A program made the translations under genes and the position numbers. A DNA stretch of 64,000 nt from Trypanosoma brucei. Lineage: Eukaryota. The DNA lies in the NCBI GenBank assembly GCA_000002445.1, contig AE017150.2:1088001-1152000 (forward strand). The letters are read 5' to 3'. Each line of letters begins with the position of its first letter. The first letter of the stretch is position 1. A model generated the notes under the pieces. That model made no database searches. It saw only the letters and a program-made list of their open reading frames with translations, and was not told the DNA's origin. Of this stretch, positions 29,941-41,833 are shown piece after piece.

Positions 29941-31335
29941 ATGGCAATGCTTGGTTTCGAGTCGACAGCTGAATTTTTTGTCTATCTCACCTTCATCTTT
30001 TTTGGGATGTCGGTGATGAATGTGACGAATGCCATTTACTCCAATTATTATTTTTTTTGGGAATACTACAAGTTTGCGCAGGGTAATGAACATGCTGTTT
30101 CTGCAAATCCATCATTCTGGAAGCACATGTTCACGTATTATAATGTTGTCGTGTTTACCATGCAAGTGCTTTTGGAGGCCTTTATGCTCACACCATTGGG
30201 CCGACGCATTCCTATTAGTTGGCGTCTCTTTTTTGGACTCTCACTTCCCATGGTTGAAATCATTGTAATTTTGGTTATTCCTGCTGTTGGAGGAACAAGT
30301 GAGGGCGGTGCGATGGCAACTATGATGATAGTTGCTTTTGTTTGTGGTATTTCCATGACACTCTGTGACTCCAGCAATGCTGCACTTGCGGGACCGTTTC
30401 CAACTAAATTCTATGGTGCCACCGTGTGGGGTCTTGCTGTCTCTGGCCTCATGACTTCATTTTTGGCTATTGTTATCCAAGCATCAATGAAGGATAACTT
30501 TGAAAGCAGACGAACTCAGTCCCAAATATACTTTGGATTAGTCATGTTTCTTCAGGTGGTTGCATGCGTCCTTCTTGTCCTTCTGAGGAAAAACCCATAT
30601 GCCATTAAATATGCTGCAGAATTTAGGTATGCTGCGAGGAAGGATGGAAAGACAGATGATGGCGAAGATGAAAACGATGCAAAGGGAACAGGACCAGCAG
30701 ACGAAGATGGGTATCCTGATGAAAAAGAGAATAAGAATGTATTGAATGCTGATATTGATCCAGATAAGATGAAGGATACGGATCAGGTTGAAGGCACTAC
30801 CAACGCTCAGCAAATGCTTGATGCGAGTGTTATGGTTGTGGTGAAACGCATTTGGCCCATGTTACTATCTTGCTTCTTTGTATTCTTTGCGACACTTCTT
30901 GTATTCCCTGATGTATTTGTTGCTGTTAAAGAAGGGTTCCCAACTCATGGGGGATGGTACTTTACAATTGTTGTTGCCATGTTCAACTTGGGTGATTTCT
31001 TGTCTCGTCTTGTGCTGCAGTTCAAGCGGTTGCATGTGTCTCCGCGTATGGTCATGATTGGTTCATTTGCACGTGCACTGCTGATAATTCCTCTTTCGCT
31101 TTGTGCTGCCGGAACCATTCCTGGTGTGTGGCTTCCCTACACCGTTTCTCTCCTTTGGGGTCTCACAAATGGTTACTTTGGTGGCCTTTCAATGATTTAT
31201 GGACCACGTACGGGATCCCTCACCACAGCGGGTCAACGCTCTCTTGCTGCCATTTGCATTAATGTGGCTCTTTTACTCGGTCTTTTTGCTGGTGCTATGT
31301 TTGCATTGGCTGTTAAAGAGGGACTTCCTGAATAA
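29941..31335 (+). CDS. ENT-family nucleoside transporter, TbNT2-family, copy 2; 464 aa
   Basis: About 85-90% identical to copy 1. It is a mosaic of segments shared with the other copies. Confidence 0.92.
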   Translation: MAMLGFESTAEFFVYLTFIFFGMSVMNVTNAIYSNYYFFWEYYKFAQGNEHAVSANPSFWKHMFTYYNVVVFTMQVLLEAFMLTPLGRRIPISWRLFFGLSLPMVEIIVILVIPAVGGTSEGGAMATMMIVAFVCGISMTLCDSSNAALAGPFPTKFYGATVWGLAVSGLMTSFLAIVIQASMKDNFESRRTQSQIYFGLVMFLQVVACVLLVLLRKNPYAIKYAAEFRYAARKDGKTDDGEDENDAKGTGPADEDGYPDEKENKNVLNADIDPDKMKDTDQVEGTTNAQQMLDASVMVVVKRIWPMLLSCFFVFFATLLVFPDVFVAVKEGFPTHGGWYFTIVVAMFNLGDFLSRLVLQFKRLHVSPRMVMIGSFARALLIIPLSLCAAGTIPGVWLPYTVSLLWGLTNGYFGGLSMIYGPRTGSLTTAGQRSLAAICINVALLLGLFAGAMFALAVKEGLPE

Positions 31336-31409
31336 GTTTTGAAAATTTATGATACCTTCAAATAATGTGAAAAATTTTTTGTAACTAGTGAAATAAAAAA
31401 AAGCTCCGT

Positions 31410-31430
31410 GCTGGTATCAGCCAGGAGTGG
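31410..31430 (+). promoter_or_regulatory. Conserved 3'-flank hairpin motif (gctggtatcagccaggagtgg), 75 nt after the NT copy 2 stop
   Basis: Same motif as at 20957. Confidence 0.35.
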
Positions 31431-34400
31431 TTTTAATAATTTAAGAAAAAAAAGTAAAAAGGAGGAAATGAAGAATGGGAAATAACAATAAATTGTACGA
31501 ATAAGGATAATAGGGGACCCGGAAGCGAGCAAGCATGGATTTTATCTGTTTTATTCATGTTTATGGGGAATTTCTTTAAACATTATCGTATGTGTTTATC
31601 AATTTTTTTGCGGTGTATATACGTGTTGTTGAAGATACATTTTACATGGTCTAAAGAATATTGTGAGGAACTGAAGTTGTTGTCATGTTGCACTTATGTT
31701 GTTACCTTCTTATTTGTTATTATGCTGTTGTACAATCGATTCTAATAACATAATTTCTTTGAGTATCTTTTGAAGGTTATGTAATGTTCATATGGGAAAA
31801 TGAAGGTGCAGAACCATTCTTTGGTGTATACTCAATTTTTGTCTTCTGTTGGATCAATTTCTTTTTGTTGAAACAAAAAAGCAAAAAGGAGGAAATAAAA
31901 TATACGACTGTAGAAACATAAACGAACTATCAAAAAAAAAACACATATACATATTTATAATATGTGTTCTTTCTGCACACACAAAAAAAAAAGAAAAAAA
32001 TTGTATTAGTTACAATAATAAAAAATAGTGAAGCCAGCAGGAGGTGATAATTACAATTTGAACTCATCCCCTCTTGCCTATTTCACTATTCCCTTTGTTT
32101 CTTGAGAAAATAACTAAAACAGTAAAACAAGAGAGAGGATAGTAATAAATTGAATGAAATCAACAATACATTATTTTAAGAGGAAATTTGATTTTACTTT
32201 TTCTTTACTTTTCACTGTTTCTGTTTTTTGATTACTTTTACTTCCTTTCATTTCTTACTTTTTATTCCCATGACTGTGCTATGGTGTTACGGATATGTGT
32301 GTGTAAGTGAGGAATGTTGTGTGGATTTGCTTCTATTATTGTTTACTTGCCTTTGGTTGTATACCACACGCCTGCTTATGTTTTCCCATATGTGTACGCC
32401 TGCAGCAAACAGTGTGGGAATTTACTCCGTGACTTTTTCTCATAAATGTCGGGAGGCAAATGATTAAAGTGTTTTTTTTTGTTTAATATATCTGTATATG
32501 TTTGTCTGTTTATGTGTGTGTGTTTGTGTGTACGTATTTGACATGTTCAGCAATATGTTTAGATTATCCAATAATAACTTCTCTTCCTTTCTATCTCTTA
32601 TACAGTTATGTTGTTTACTTGTCACTGTTTTACTTTCAGGAAAGTGTATAAATTAAGCTGAAGCAACGTTATGTTTATTTGTGTATTAGGCGCATGAATT
32701 CATTTTCTAGCAGTTAATGTACGTATGCATACACGCATGTGTTTAACTTTATAATGTCTTATACTAAAAATGTATTCAAATATTGCCATGTGAATACCGT
32801 GTGAGGCTTATTGTATTTTTGTGTCGTGAAATAGTCAAGTAGTTGCTGTGTAACTTTTGTGTTATTCTTAAATAGATGACGTGTGTTTCCTTAGTTTAAA
32901 ATATTTAATAAATGATTTGACAGCTGCTTGCATGTGAGAGTTTCATCCCTCTTCTTTGCTTAAAAATGTGCAGAGACTAGAATCCTTCATATAAATGATG
33001 TGAAATGCATAAATTATAAATTGCATTTCCACTCTCACGTATTTTAGTATTATGAAGTATCAAATAGGGAAATGATGAAATATGTAATAGGAAGTTATTC
33101 ACAACATGTTAATAGAGCAATTCAACTTCGCAGCTATCACAGAACAGGCTTTTTATTGTAATGCTCAATTGTGGAATAAGACATGCTTTATGAATTCTTG
33201 AGGATGGAGCGTTGTAATATTTTTAAAAGTAATATAAGTAAACAAGCAAACAAATTATCGTTTTTGTTTCTTCCTTCATAATCACTATAAGCTAAGCTAT
33301 TAGTCTATTAACAATAATTAATATGGCTACTAGTAAGGCAAAAGACGAGAAATAAGAAATTAATTTATAGGAAAGATTTGATAGTTTGACGAATGTGTAA
33401 TTATCATGTCTCTGATACTAATGACGGATTATGATAGAGAGAATGTGATTTGTGAGGTAGTTTTGATTCTCTGAAGTGATACAGCGGCGCATGGGAACTC
33501 GTCGTAAGGAAAAAAAATAAATAATGTGCGGTATGTAATTTTTAAACCTCACATTGATGAGGTTGTGAGGCATAAAATAACTCTTGACATTTTCCCAACG
33601 TGGCCAACAGTCGAAGAACTGGTACAACACTGCAGTAATGATACAGTGATGTTAAATTGAAAGCGAAAAATAAATATGAATGGCGTAAAAAGGGGGAAGG
33701 AAGTAGTGATGGTGGCGTAATCGATTGTTACTGTGTTTCATGACAAATTCTCTACATTCAATGATTCTAGAGGAAACAAGTACGTACCATAGCAGTGGTT
33801 ACTGTGTTTCCATAAGGAGTAAGTTATATTTACTGGAAAATGTGGTATTAAGAAATGTTATATGTGAGTAGCAATATACCTCAACACAGAGATGTACGCT
33901 CATGTAATCACTACACAAAAACCTTCCGAATGTTTTGAACGCGTTGACCGGATTGATGCGTCTCTCCAACCTTGAGTTGAAATGCACAACCCTTGAGTGT
34001 TGAGTTGGGATACATATTTTTAGATGTCACTAGAGCTTGATGTGTGGAATGAAACTCTAGAGCTCATGCATATGGCTAATGCTTATCATCGTCGTAACTT
34101 CCATGTTGGTACGATGATGTGCAGTTTGCTGTTAGTGATAGCCTTCAGCAGATTGTATGGTAGGTGGTGTTTCTCTGTTTGTTTTCTGTCACAGATGGCA
34201 ATGGAAGCGTCGACTATCTTTTGTATTACTCAGAAGGGAAAATTCTCTTTTTAAGTAATGGTAATGTTGAATCGTTGATAAAACCAACGGAATAATCCAT
34301 AAGCTAGTTTTAATTGGAGGAAAGGAGAATAGGAGAACTGCCAACTTTGATGTGTTGCCAACAAAGGAAAACGAGTGGTATGTATATTTTAGAACCCAGT

Positions 34401-37002
34401 GTTTTTCTTTCTTATCCGATGTACTTCCCTAATGTTTGGATCTGAGAAATACCTAATGATGATTAATACGGTTAGAGTTAGGGCATTCTTTTGTGATGCT
34501 GAATATCGCATCTATTGATAACAGCAATCGATACGCCATACTCAAACATAAATGAATTCTCACACATTAACGCTGCTTCTGGTATCGCCAACCGTTATGT
34601 TCAATAGCTCGTTACGTGGGAGCATGAGTGGATGTAATGATGGATGCCGCTTCATCAAAGGCAGCTGCGTGATACTTATCTCAGAATATGTCAATGGTGT
34701 CGTATTATAGCCAAGTTTAAGTCTAATAATTAATCATAGTGATGTGTGTGGAAAAAGTGAGATTGTACCATTGCAGTGAGTGAACCGCTTTGCTTGGGAC
34801 GTATTGCATTGTGCTGTGTGATTAAGCGCCGAGTTTGTTCACATCATACGTATGATATTTAGTTACTGTCAACCCACCGGATTGGTGTGGGAGGAGTGTA
34901 AGGCATCGTGCGAGCATGGGACATATGTTTCATCGCAGTGTCACGGAGGTTTTAAGGTATGGTGGAATATGGGAGGTGGATTAGCTATAGATCTCTTTGT
35001 GCCTCCATCCCTTCGTGCTATGCTTTTTCTTTTCCCCTGAAACTGACACAGTCTGTAGAGGCAGTGTGCTGAAGCTTCGCTAAGGTTTTGAAAGCAGGAC
35101 TCACGACCCATCCCCCACTGTGTAATGTGTGATGACCAGATTTGTTCTGAGGGAGCATCAAACCAATCGTGTACGATGGAAGTGTAGAATAGGAAGTAAA
35201 GGAAAGTGTATTATTATGTGCAGATGCGTATGAGGCACTGCTCACAACACCTAAAGAAAGCAAAGTCACTCCTGACGGTTTTGATCATTTTATCAGTGTA
35301 TCACAATCTAATCATTTCTGCTGTAGAAGGTTCGTTGCATAGTTGTGTGTATTCTGCTTTCAGAGTTGACATTCTGTCACTTACCACTGTGGCGAGTGAT
35401 GACGATGATATCGTCGGCTTTCCGGTATGGAAGGAAGTATCACTTTACTCTTCTGCTCGTATAAGCGTGCTTTGTTCATCCGTGGAGCGGTGTTGTTATT
35501 GAAAAGGGGATGCTGAGTAGAGTGGTGACTCAACGCTTTTTCTTGTACTGAAGACATACTAAGAGGTTCTGTCAGCAGGACAGACTTGCGGTGGCCAGGT
35601 GGTTTCGCGACCTCAGGGACAACTTCCATATTGCACAAGGGGAACTTCTTCGTTTTGAGGTGACAGGGCGCATGCTAGTGTTAGGATATCTGTACATTGG
35701 AATGGCAAGGTCTTCCAGGGAAGGAAGGGAGGTGTATAAACCAGTGAAGGGCTGCACAGGTACTGTGTCAGGTATGAAAGTGATAGAGGTCTCTAAGGAA
35801 GTGTCAGATGTGATTATACTCGGCAAGAGGTTGCTGCTCAAGGTTTTGATTATATACTTTCCGAAACAATCAAATGTTGCGAAAATTACGTTGAAAGAAA
35901 GTTTAGGGGGAGCAATGGGATAAGGGAAACCCTCACTGGATTGTTTTGTCGGGTATACAGCATGATAAGTGGAAGGTTTGGTGGAGAAGCACGCAGGTAC
36001 ACCACACCCAATTGGTGGGAGAGTAGTAATGGCCGGGAGTATTTACCGTGAGTGACAACTCCAACAATGGATGCTAAGTAGTTAATGTTGAAATGTTTTA
36101 AAACGTTAGAGAAAGGAATGACTAAATGGTTGTAGGTACGTAAATTGTGGGAAGCACTGAGGGAAAATGATGTAATGATGCGACGGACCAAGGGACTCGA
36201 ATACCCAATATATTACAAGAAACGCTACTATTGAGTTGGGTGCAGAAACAAGTGAGAGACAAGCTGTTTGGGTAGTTGAAGTATCGACCACTGGGAAGGG
36301 TGAAGCGTGGGCAGGAAGGATCATCAAATCTTATCCTCCTTTCAGTTAATATGACTGAAGAAGCGAGAAAAGAAAAAGAATGGTTGTGAAAAGAGAAATT
36401 AGCGAAAAAGAATTAGTAGAAGCAATTGTGGCGTCAAAAAAGACGTTAAGGGTAGCGTTAGTACAAATAGAAAAGCAGCCAACTCTAAAAAATTGGTTTC
36501 CGACGTAAAGGAAGCGGTAACAGGTGAATAAAACTATTTAATTTGTACCAGTTTACATGTATGAAAATGACCTCATATGTGTGTGATTTGCTCCTGTTAA
36601 CTCGGTGAACATCGGAACTGACACGTTGCTCTGTGCTATTGTAGCAATGCACTCCAGTGTGATATCACTGGAACTATGAAACCTTATATTTCTTATGGCG
36701 TTGTATCAGTGCTTCCACTATGGTATCATTATGTTAACGTGAGCAGTATATTGTCACGTGGTGGACAACATGTCAACTAGTTTGTTTAAACTGTTGCTCT
36801 CTTGACAGCTTGTAATTCGTATCATTCTGTTGTGTGCTTTTTTTTGTCTTGTTTATTCCCCTGAGATATTACTGGTAAGTCCCCCTTTATCCTAATTTTT
36901 GCATCTGCACTGGCTGTTTAAGCGGACCCTTTCCAATTGTTAGGCACAAAACGGTACATATATATATATTTCAAGAAAGCAACAGTGTGTAATTTAGAAA
37001 CC

Positions 37003-37962
37003 ATGACACGCGCCTCGCTTCCTGTTATTGATGTTTCGCCCCTATTTGGTGGCGAATCCGCAGAAAAGGAAAGGGTCTCCAAGCAGATTGATAATGCATG
37101 CAGAACATGGGGCTTCTTCTACATTGTGGGGCATCCGATCCAGCAGGAGCAGATTGAGAGGGTGCTAGATGTAGCGAAGAATTATTTTTCACTCCCCATG
37201 GAAGAGAAGCTCCAATTGGACATTCGTAAAAGTAAGCTGTATCGTGGTTATATTGCTTTTGGGGCCGAGGACCCCGATGATGCTAAGGTCTACGGCTACG
37301 AGGGGTTCAATATGGGGCACCATCTTCCGAAGCACCACCCAGAGGTTATGGCAGGAGTGCCGCTCCGAGGACCGAACATCCACCCCACTCAGGTAAAGGG
37401 CTGGGCGGAGGAAATGGAAAATCAATATGACGATATGTGGGCCCTTTCACTTGTTATCCTGCGCGCTATGGCACTGGGACTCGGTCTGCGGGAAGATTTC
37501 TTCGACTCCAAGTTTATGGATCCGATGTGTGAATTGAATATAAAGCATTACCCTTCCCCAACCACTACAGGCAAAAAATCTCATTTGCTTATTGAGCACG
37601 CTGACTTTTGCGCTATTACATTACTCTATCAAGACGGTGTGGGTGGCTTGCAAATTCGAGGACTTTCCGGAGAGCTGATGGATGTGCCACCTGTTGAAGG
37701 AAGTTTTGTTGTCAACCTTGGAGACATGATGGAGATGTGGACCAATGGCCAATACCGTTCCACAAAGCATCGTGTGGTAGCCACAGACAAGGAACGGTAC
37801 TCCATGCCTTTCTTTTGCAATCCCAATCCGAATGTCATCGTCAAGTGCCTCGACAACTGTCACTCGGAAGAGAATCCACCAAGGTACCCTCCAGTGCGGG
37901 CTGTTGATTGGGTTTTGAAGCGGTTCGCGGAGGCATATGGGAAAGATTACTCAAAAATGTAG
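37003..37962 (+). CDS. 2OG-Fe(II) dioxygenase, IPNS-like family, copy B (type I); 319 aa
   Basis: Identical to copy A over residues 1-270 except K/Q at position 71. The HxD...H and RxS motifs are present (IEHADF, STKHRVV, RYSMPFF). Confidence 0.9.
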   Translation: MTRASLPVIDVSPLFGGESAEKERVSKQIDNACRTWGFFYIVGHPIQQEQIERVLDVAKNYFSLPMEEKLQLDIRKSKLYRGYIAFGAEDPDDAKVYGYEGFNMGHHLPKHHPEVMAGVPLRGPNIHPTQVKGWAEEMENQYDDMWALSLVILRAMALGLGLREDFFDSKFMDPMCELNIKHYPSPTTTGKKSHLLIEHADFCAITLLYQDGVGGLQIRGLSGELMDVPPVEGSFVVNLGDMMEMWTNGQYRSTKHRVVATDKERYSMPFFCNPNPNVIVKCLDNCHSEENPPRYPPVRAVDWVLKRFAEAYGKDYSKM

Positions 37963-40352
37963 GAGTGGTTCCTAGTTTGCATTTCTTTTAGCATTTGCTT
38001 TATCAAGAATGGTATCAGGCCCTGCAATTAGTAGTTGTTTTTCAGACGTGGCTGACTTACATATGCGTAGTATCTGTCGTAATGCAAAAAGTTCTGTGAT
38101 TTAAAATGTGGGTGAAGACAGTACGGTAACGTATCTAGTCAGAATGAATATATTTCACTCACTCTTTATTTTCAATGTAGGGAATTGTTAAAGGGGTAAT
38201 AATATTTCTTTCACCTTTCCTCTTCCTTTTTTTTAATTGCCATCTTTGTAAGGGGTGCTGTAAGTCCATCTTTTCTCATACTTTGATATCTTCATCTATT
38301 TCCTTATTACATTGAATAATGCATTAACATCTTCATTGCGATGCCAACTGAAGTATTCTGACAAGCAATAGGTGTATGCTATTGTATGTTAGTTTATGCT
38401 GCAACAGAGTTCTCCTTGGAAATGCTTGTCTTTTTTTTTCACTTTGAGGGGGTTCTACAATTGTCTTTCCCCATTCTATTCTAAGGGTTAATTACGCATT
38501 AGAAATGCTACCAGTCACTTCAGAGGTATTCCTTCTTACACAAGTATTATTTTGATGCGATCTCATGCAAGGAGAATGGAGGTAAATGGAGAATGAAACA
38601 ACTCACATTCTCCACCCACCCAATGGAGAGCATACGTTTTACCATGGAAGTCGCGCTTGAAGTATCTCCCCAAGTAGAGCAAACTAATGAGGAATTAGCA
38701 CCTAAGGGCTGCGTTGTTAAATATTTTGAAAGAGTGGGGGTTCGTACGTGAAGGATAAGGGATTTTGAGGGTGCTTACTCTTATTGTGTTTTTAATTTTT
38801 TTTTTGAAAAGGGGGGTGGTGGCCAATTTTATTATGTCACCCGACGAATGGAATTGCTTTGTACCACGCTGTTTGTGTTTGTTACATATATTGGTAAGGA
38901 ATAATGTTTTTTATGTGAATTTCAATGCGTTTGATGTTTTTTGTCACCGCACTTATGTTGAGTCTGTGCAATTTCTTTTCCCTCCATGCTGAACATACCA
39001 TTCTCTATTATTTTCTTATCTTTCATTGTTTCAGCTTTTCAGGGGAAACACATGCATACCCACGAGATGGAATACACTAAACGACACGTAACACTGTGGG
39101 AGAATGTTATAAATGCATGCAGTCCAATACTTGAGAAATGTGTATTTTCTACACCTTAACATCAATTTTTTTTTTTGTAAAGGACAAACTCACTGAGTGT
39201 TTAGTGACTGCGCTTCTTCAAACTTTTCTCCCTCAAGGCGTATTATGCAGTTGCAGAGAGTCATCTGTTTTCTGCTCCTTCTCCGCTTGCTAATGATTTG
39301 TGTTTATGCGTGTTGCTTCCTTTTTTATATTGTAAGTAATAGAAGACAAAAAAGGGGATATTACATATTACATATTTTATTTTGTATGTTAGCATGGTTG
39401 CATAATTTATTCTGCTGTAGAGGCGTGTGTTATGGATTGTAGTATTTGGAGAAGTTGTTTGACTTAAAGCTATAAAAGCTTGCCCTGTGTGTGATGGATT
39501 TTTAATTTATATAAACTTGTTTAACTTTATATTAGAATATAAATTTATTTATTGTCATTTAAATAGTTCCCCCATATGAGAAAACTAAATGAACACGTAT
39601 ATGCACGTACATGTATATTTATATTTGCATATTTGTTGTTGATCTGAGTCATATTTGAGTAATGTTGGTAAGGTAAGAAAACGGCTGTGTAATAAATCAT
39701 TTTTATTTGATATGCTTTGAGTGCGCGCGCGTGGGTTCATTAGTTCTATTATTTGAAAGGGAAACTGCAATAATTGTTTCATTATTAAAAGTTTTTCATG
39801 ACTCGTGTTTTTAAGTTTAGCATTTTGCTATTACTCAAATCATGTGAATTAAGGGAGGACTCATATCAGTATCATATGATGATATTTGAAACAATTTAGA
39901 GACGCCTGATATTACTCAATACTCTAACTCTTTTTTTTCCTTTCATATCCATTGCATTTATATTGTGATATGATAAGTTGATTTGTGTTAGCATTCAAAT
40001 GCAGCATTGTTATTATTAATATTAACTTCCTTAGGGAAATTAATTCGAAAGGAATGTTATTGTAAAAGGATTCAAATTGCAAGTAGTTATTCAGATAATG
40101 TTAATAATTGATATACAATTTTATATTTATTGTAGTTGTAGTAGTGTGCGTATTTAAACGAAGGTACCACTAATTTTGTAATTACTAAAAAGTTATAATG
40201 ATACAATTCTATTTCTTGATAATGTGAGTCCCTGAATTTGTTTTTCCCTTCATATTTTTCACTTTGCTTTTCTTTTCTTTCATTTCATATATGTTTTTCT
40301 TTTTGTTATATAGACAAACTTATTATATTATTATTTCAAGTAATTCAAAAAG

Positions 40353-41741
40353 ATGGCAATGCTTGGTTTCGAGTCGACAGCTGAATTTTTTGCTTATCTT
40401 ACTTTTATGTTTTTTGGGATGTCGGTGATGAATGTGACGAATGCCATTTACTCCAATTATAATTTTTTCTCCCAGTACTACAAGTTTGCGCAGGGTGATG
40501 CGGATGCTGTATCAAAAAATACATCATTCTGGGAGCACATGTTCACGTATTATAATGTTGTCGTGTTTACCATGCAAGTGCTTTTGGAGACTTTTATGCT
40601 CACTCCACTGGGTAGACAGATTCCTGTTACATGGCGTTATGTCTTTGGACTCACGATTCCCATGGTTGAAATCATTGTAATTTTGGTTATTCCTGCTGTT
40701 GGAGGAACAAGTGAGGGCGGTGCGATGGCAACTATGATGATAGTTGCGTTCGTCGACGGTATTTCGAAAACACTTTGTGACTCCAGCAATGCTGTCACTA
40801 CAGGACCGTTTCCGACTAAATTCTATTCTGCGATGGTTATGGGTCTTGCTGTCTCCGGCATTATGACTTCATTTTTGTCCATTGTTATCAAAGCATCAAT
40901 GAAGGATAACTTTGAAAGCAGACGAACTCAGTCCCAAATATACTTTGGATTAGTCATGCTCTCTCAAGTAGTTGCATGCGTCCTTCTTTTTCTTCTGAGG
41001 AAAAACCCATATGCCATTAAATATGCTGCAGAATTTAGGTATGCCGCGAGAAAAAAAGGAACAGTGTGTGACTTTGATGTAAAGGGAACAGGGCCGGTAA
41101 GCGGAAATAGATATGCTGATGAAAAAGAGAACAAGAATGTATTGAATGCTGATATTGATCCAGATGATATGAGGGATACGGATCAGGTTGAAGGCACTAC
41201 CAACGCTCAGCAAATGCTTGATGCGAGTATTATGGTTGTGGTGAAACGCATTTGGCCTGTGTTACTATCTTGCTTCTTTGTATTCTTTGCGACACTTCTT
41301 GTATTCCCTGGTGTATTCTTGGCAGTTAGGGATTCACTTACAATAAAAGACTTTTGGTATTTTAACATCGTCGTTGCCATGTTCAACTTGGGTGATTTCT
41401 CGTCACGTTTTGCTTTGCAGTTCAAGCGGTTGCATGTGTCTCCACGCATGGTTATGATTGGTTCATTTGCACGTGCACTTTTGATAATTCCTCTTGCTCT
41501 TTGCGTTCCTGGGACCATTCCTGGTGTATGGCTACCATGTATTCTTTGTCTCCTTTGGGGGTTCACAAATGGTTACTTTGGTGGCCTTTCAATGATTTAT
41601 GGACCGCGTAACGGATCGCTCACCACAGCGGGTCAACGCTCTCTTGCCGCCGTATGTATCAATGTATCACTTCTTATGGGTCTTTTTGCTGGTGCTATGT
41701 TTGCGTTGGCTGTTAAGGAGGCTCTTCCTAAAACAGAGTAG
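40353..41741 (+). CDS. ENT-family nucleoside transporter, TbNT2-family, copy 3 (the most divergent copy); 462 aa
   Basis: Same architecture as the others. Unique substitutions include ...AVTTGPFPTKFYSAMVMGLAVSGIM... and a distinct central loop (KKGTVCDFDVKGTGPVSGNRYADEK). Confidence 0.92.
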   Translation: MAMLGFESTAEFFAYLTFMFFGMSVMNVTNAIYSNYNFFSQYYKFAQGDADAVSKNTSFWEHMFTYYNVVVFTMQVLLETFMLTPLGRQIPVTWRYVFGLTIPMVEIIVILVIPAVGGTSEGGAMATMMIVAFVDGISKTLCDSSNAVTTGPFPTKFYSAMVMGLAVSGIMTSFLSIVIKASMKDNFESRRTQSQIYFGLVMLSQVVACVLLFLLRKNPYAIKYAAEFRYAARKKGTVCDFDVKGTGPVSGNRYADEKENKNVLNADIDPDDMRDTDQVEGTTNAQQMLDASIMVVVKRIWPVLLSCFFVFFATLLVFPGVFLAVRDSLTIKDFWYFNIVVAMFNLGDFSSRFALQFKRLHVSPRMVMIGSFARALLIIPLALCVPGTIPGVWLPCILCLLWGFTNGYFGGLSMIYGPRNGSLTTAGQRSLAAVCINVSLLMGLFAGAMFALAVKEALPKTE

Positions 41742-41812
41742 TAAGTATTTTCTAAACTCTAAGTAATGTCATAACATTTTTTTTAATTAATGAGAAAGAA
41801 CATTAAATATAT

Positions 41813-41833
41813 GCTGGTATTAGCTACGAATGG
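41813..41833 (+). promoter_or_regulatory. Conserved 3'-flank motif, variant (gctggtattagctacgaatgg), 72 nt after the NT copy 3 stop
   Basis: Variant of the motif at 20957. The stem remains possible with a G-U pair. Confidence 0.3.

Larger units (their letters stand above)
28695..39104 (+). repeat. Tandem repeat unit 2 (~10.41 kb)
   Basis: Same landmarks as unit 1. Near-identity over long stretches; for example the small-ORF peptide MFSDCASS... recurs at 18324, 28787, 39197, 49294 and 59817. Confidence 0.9.
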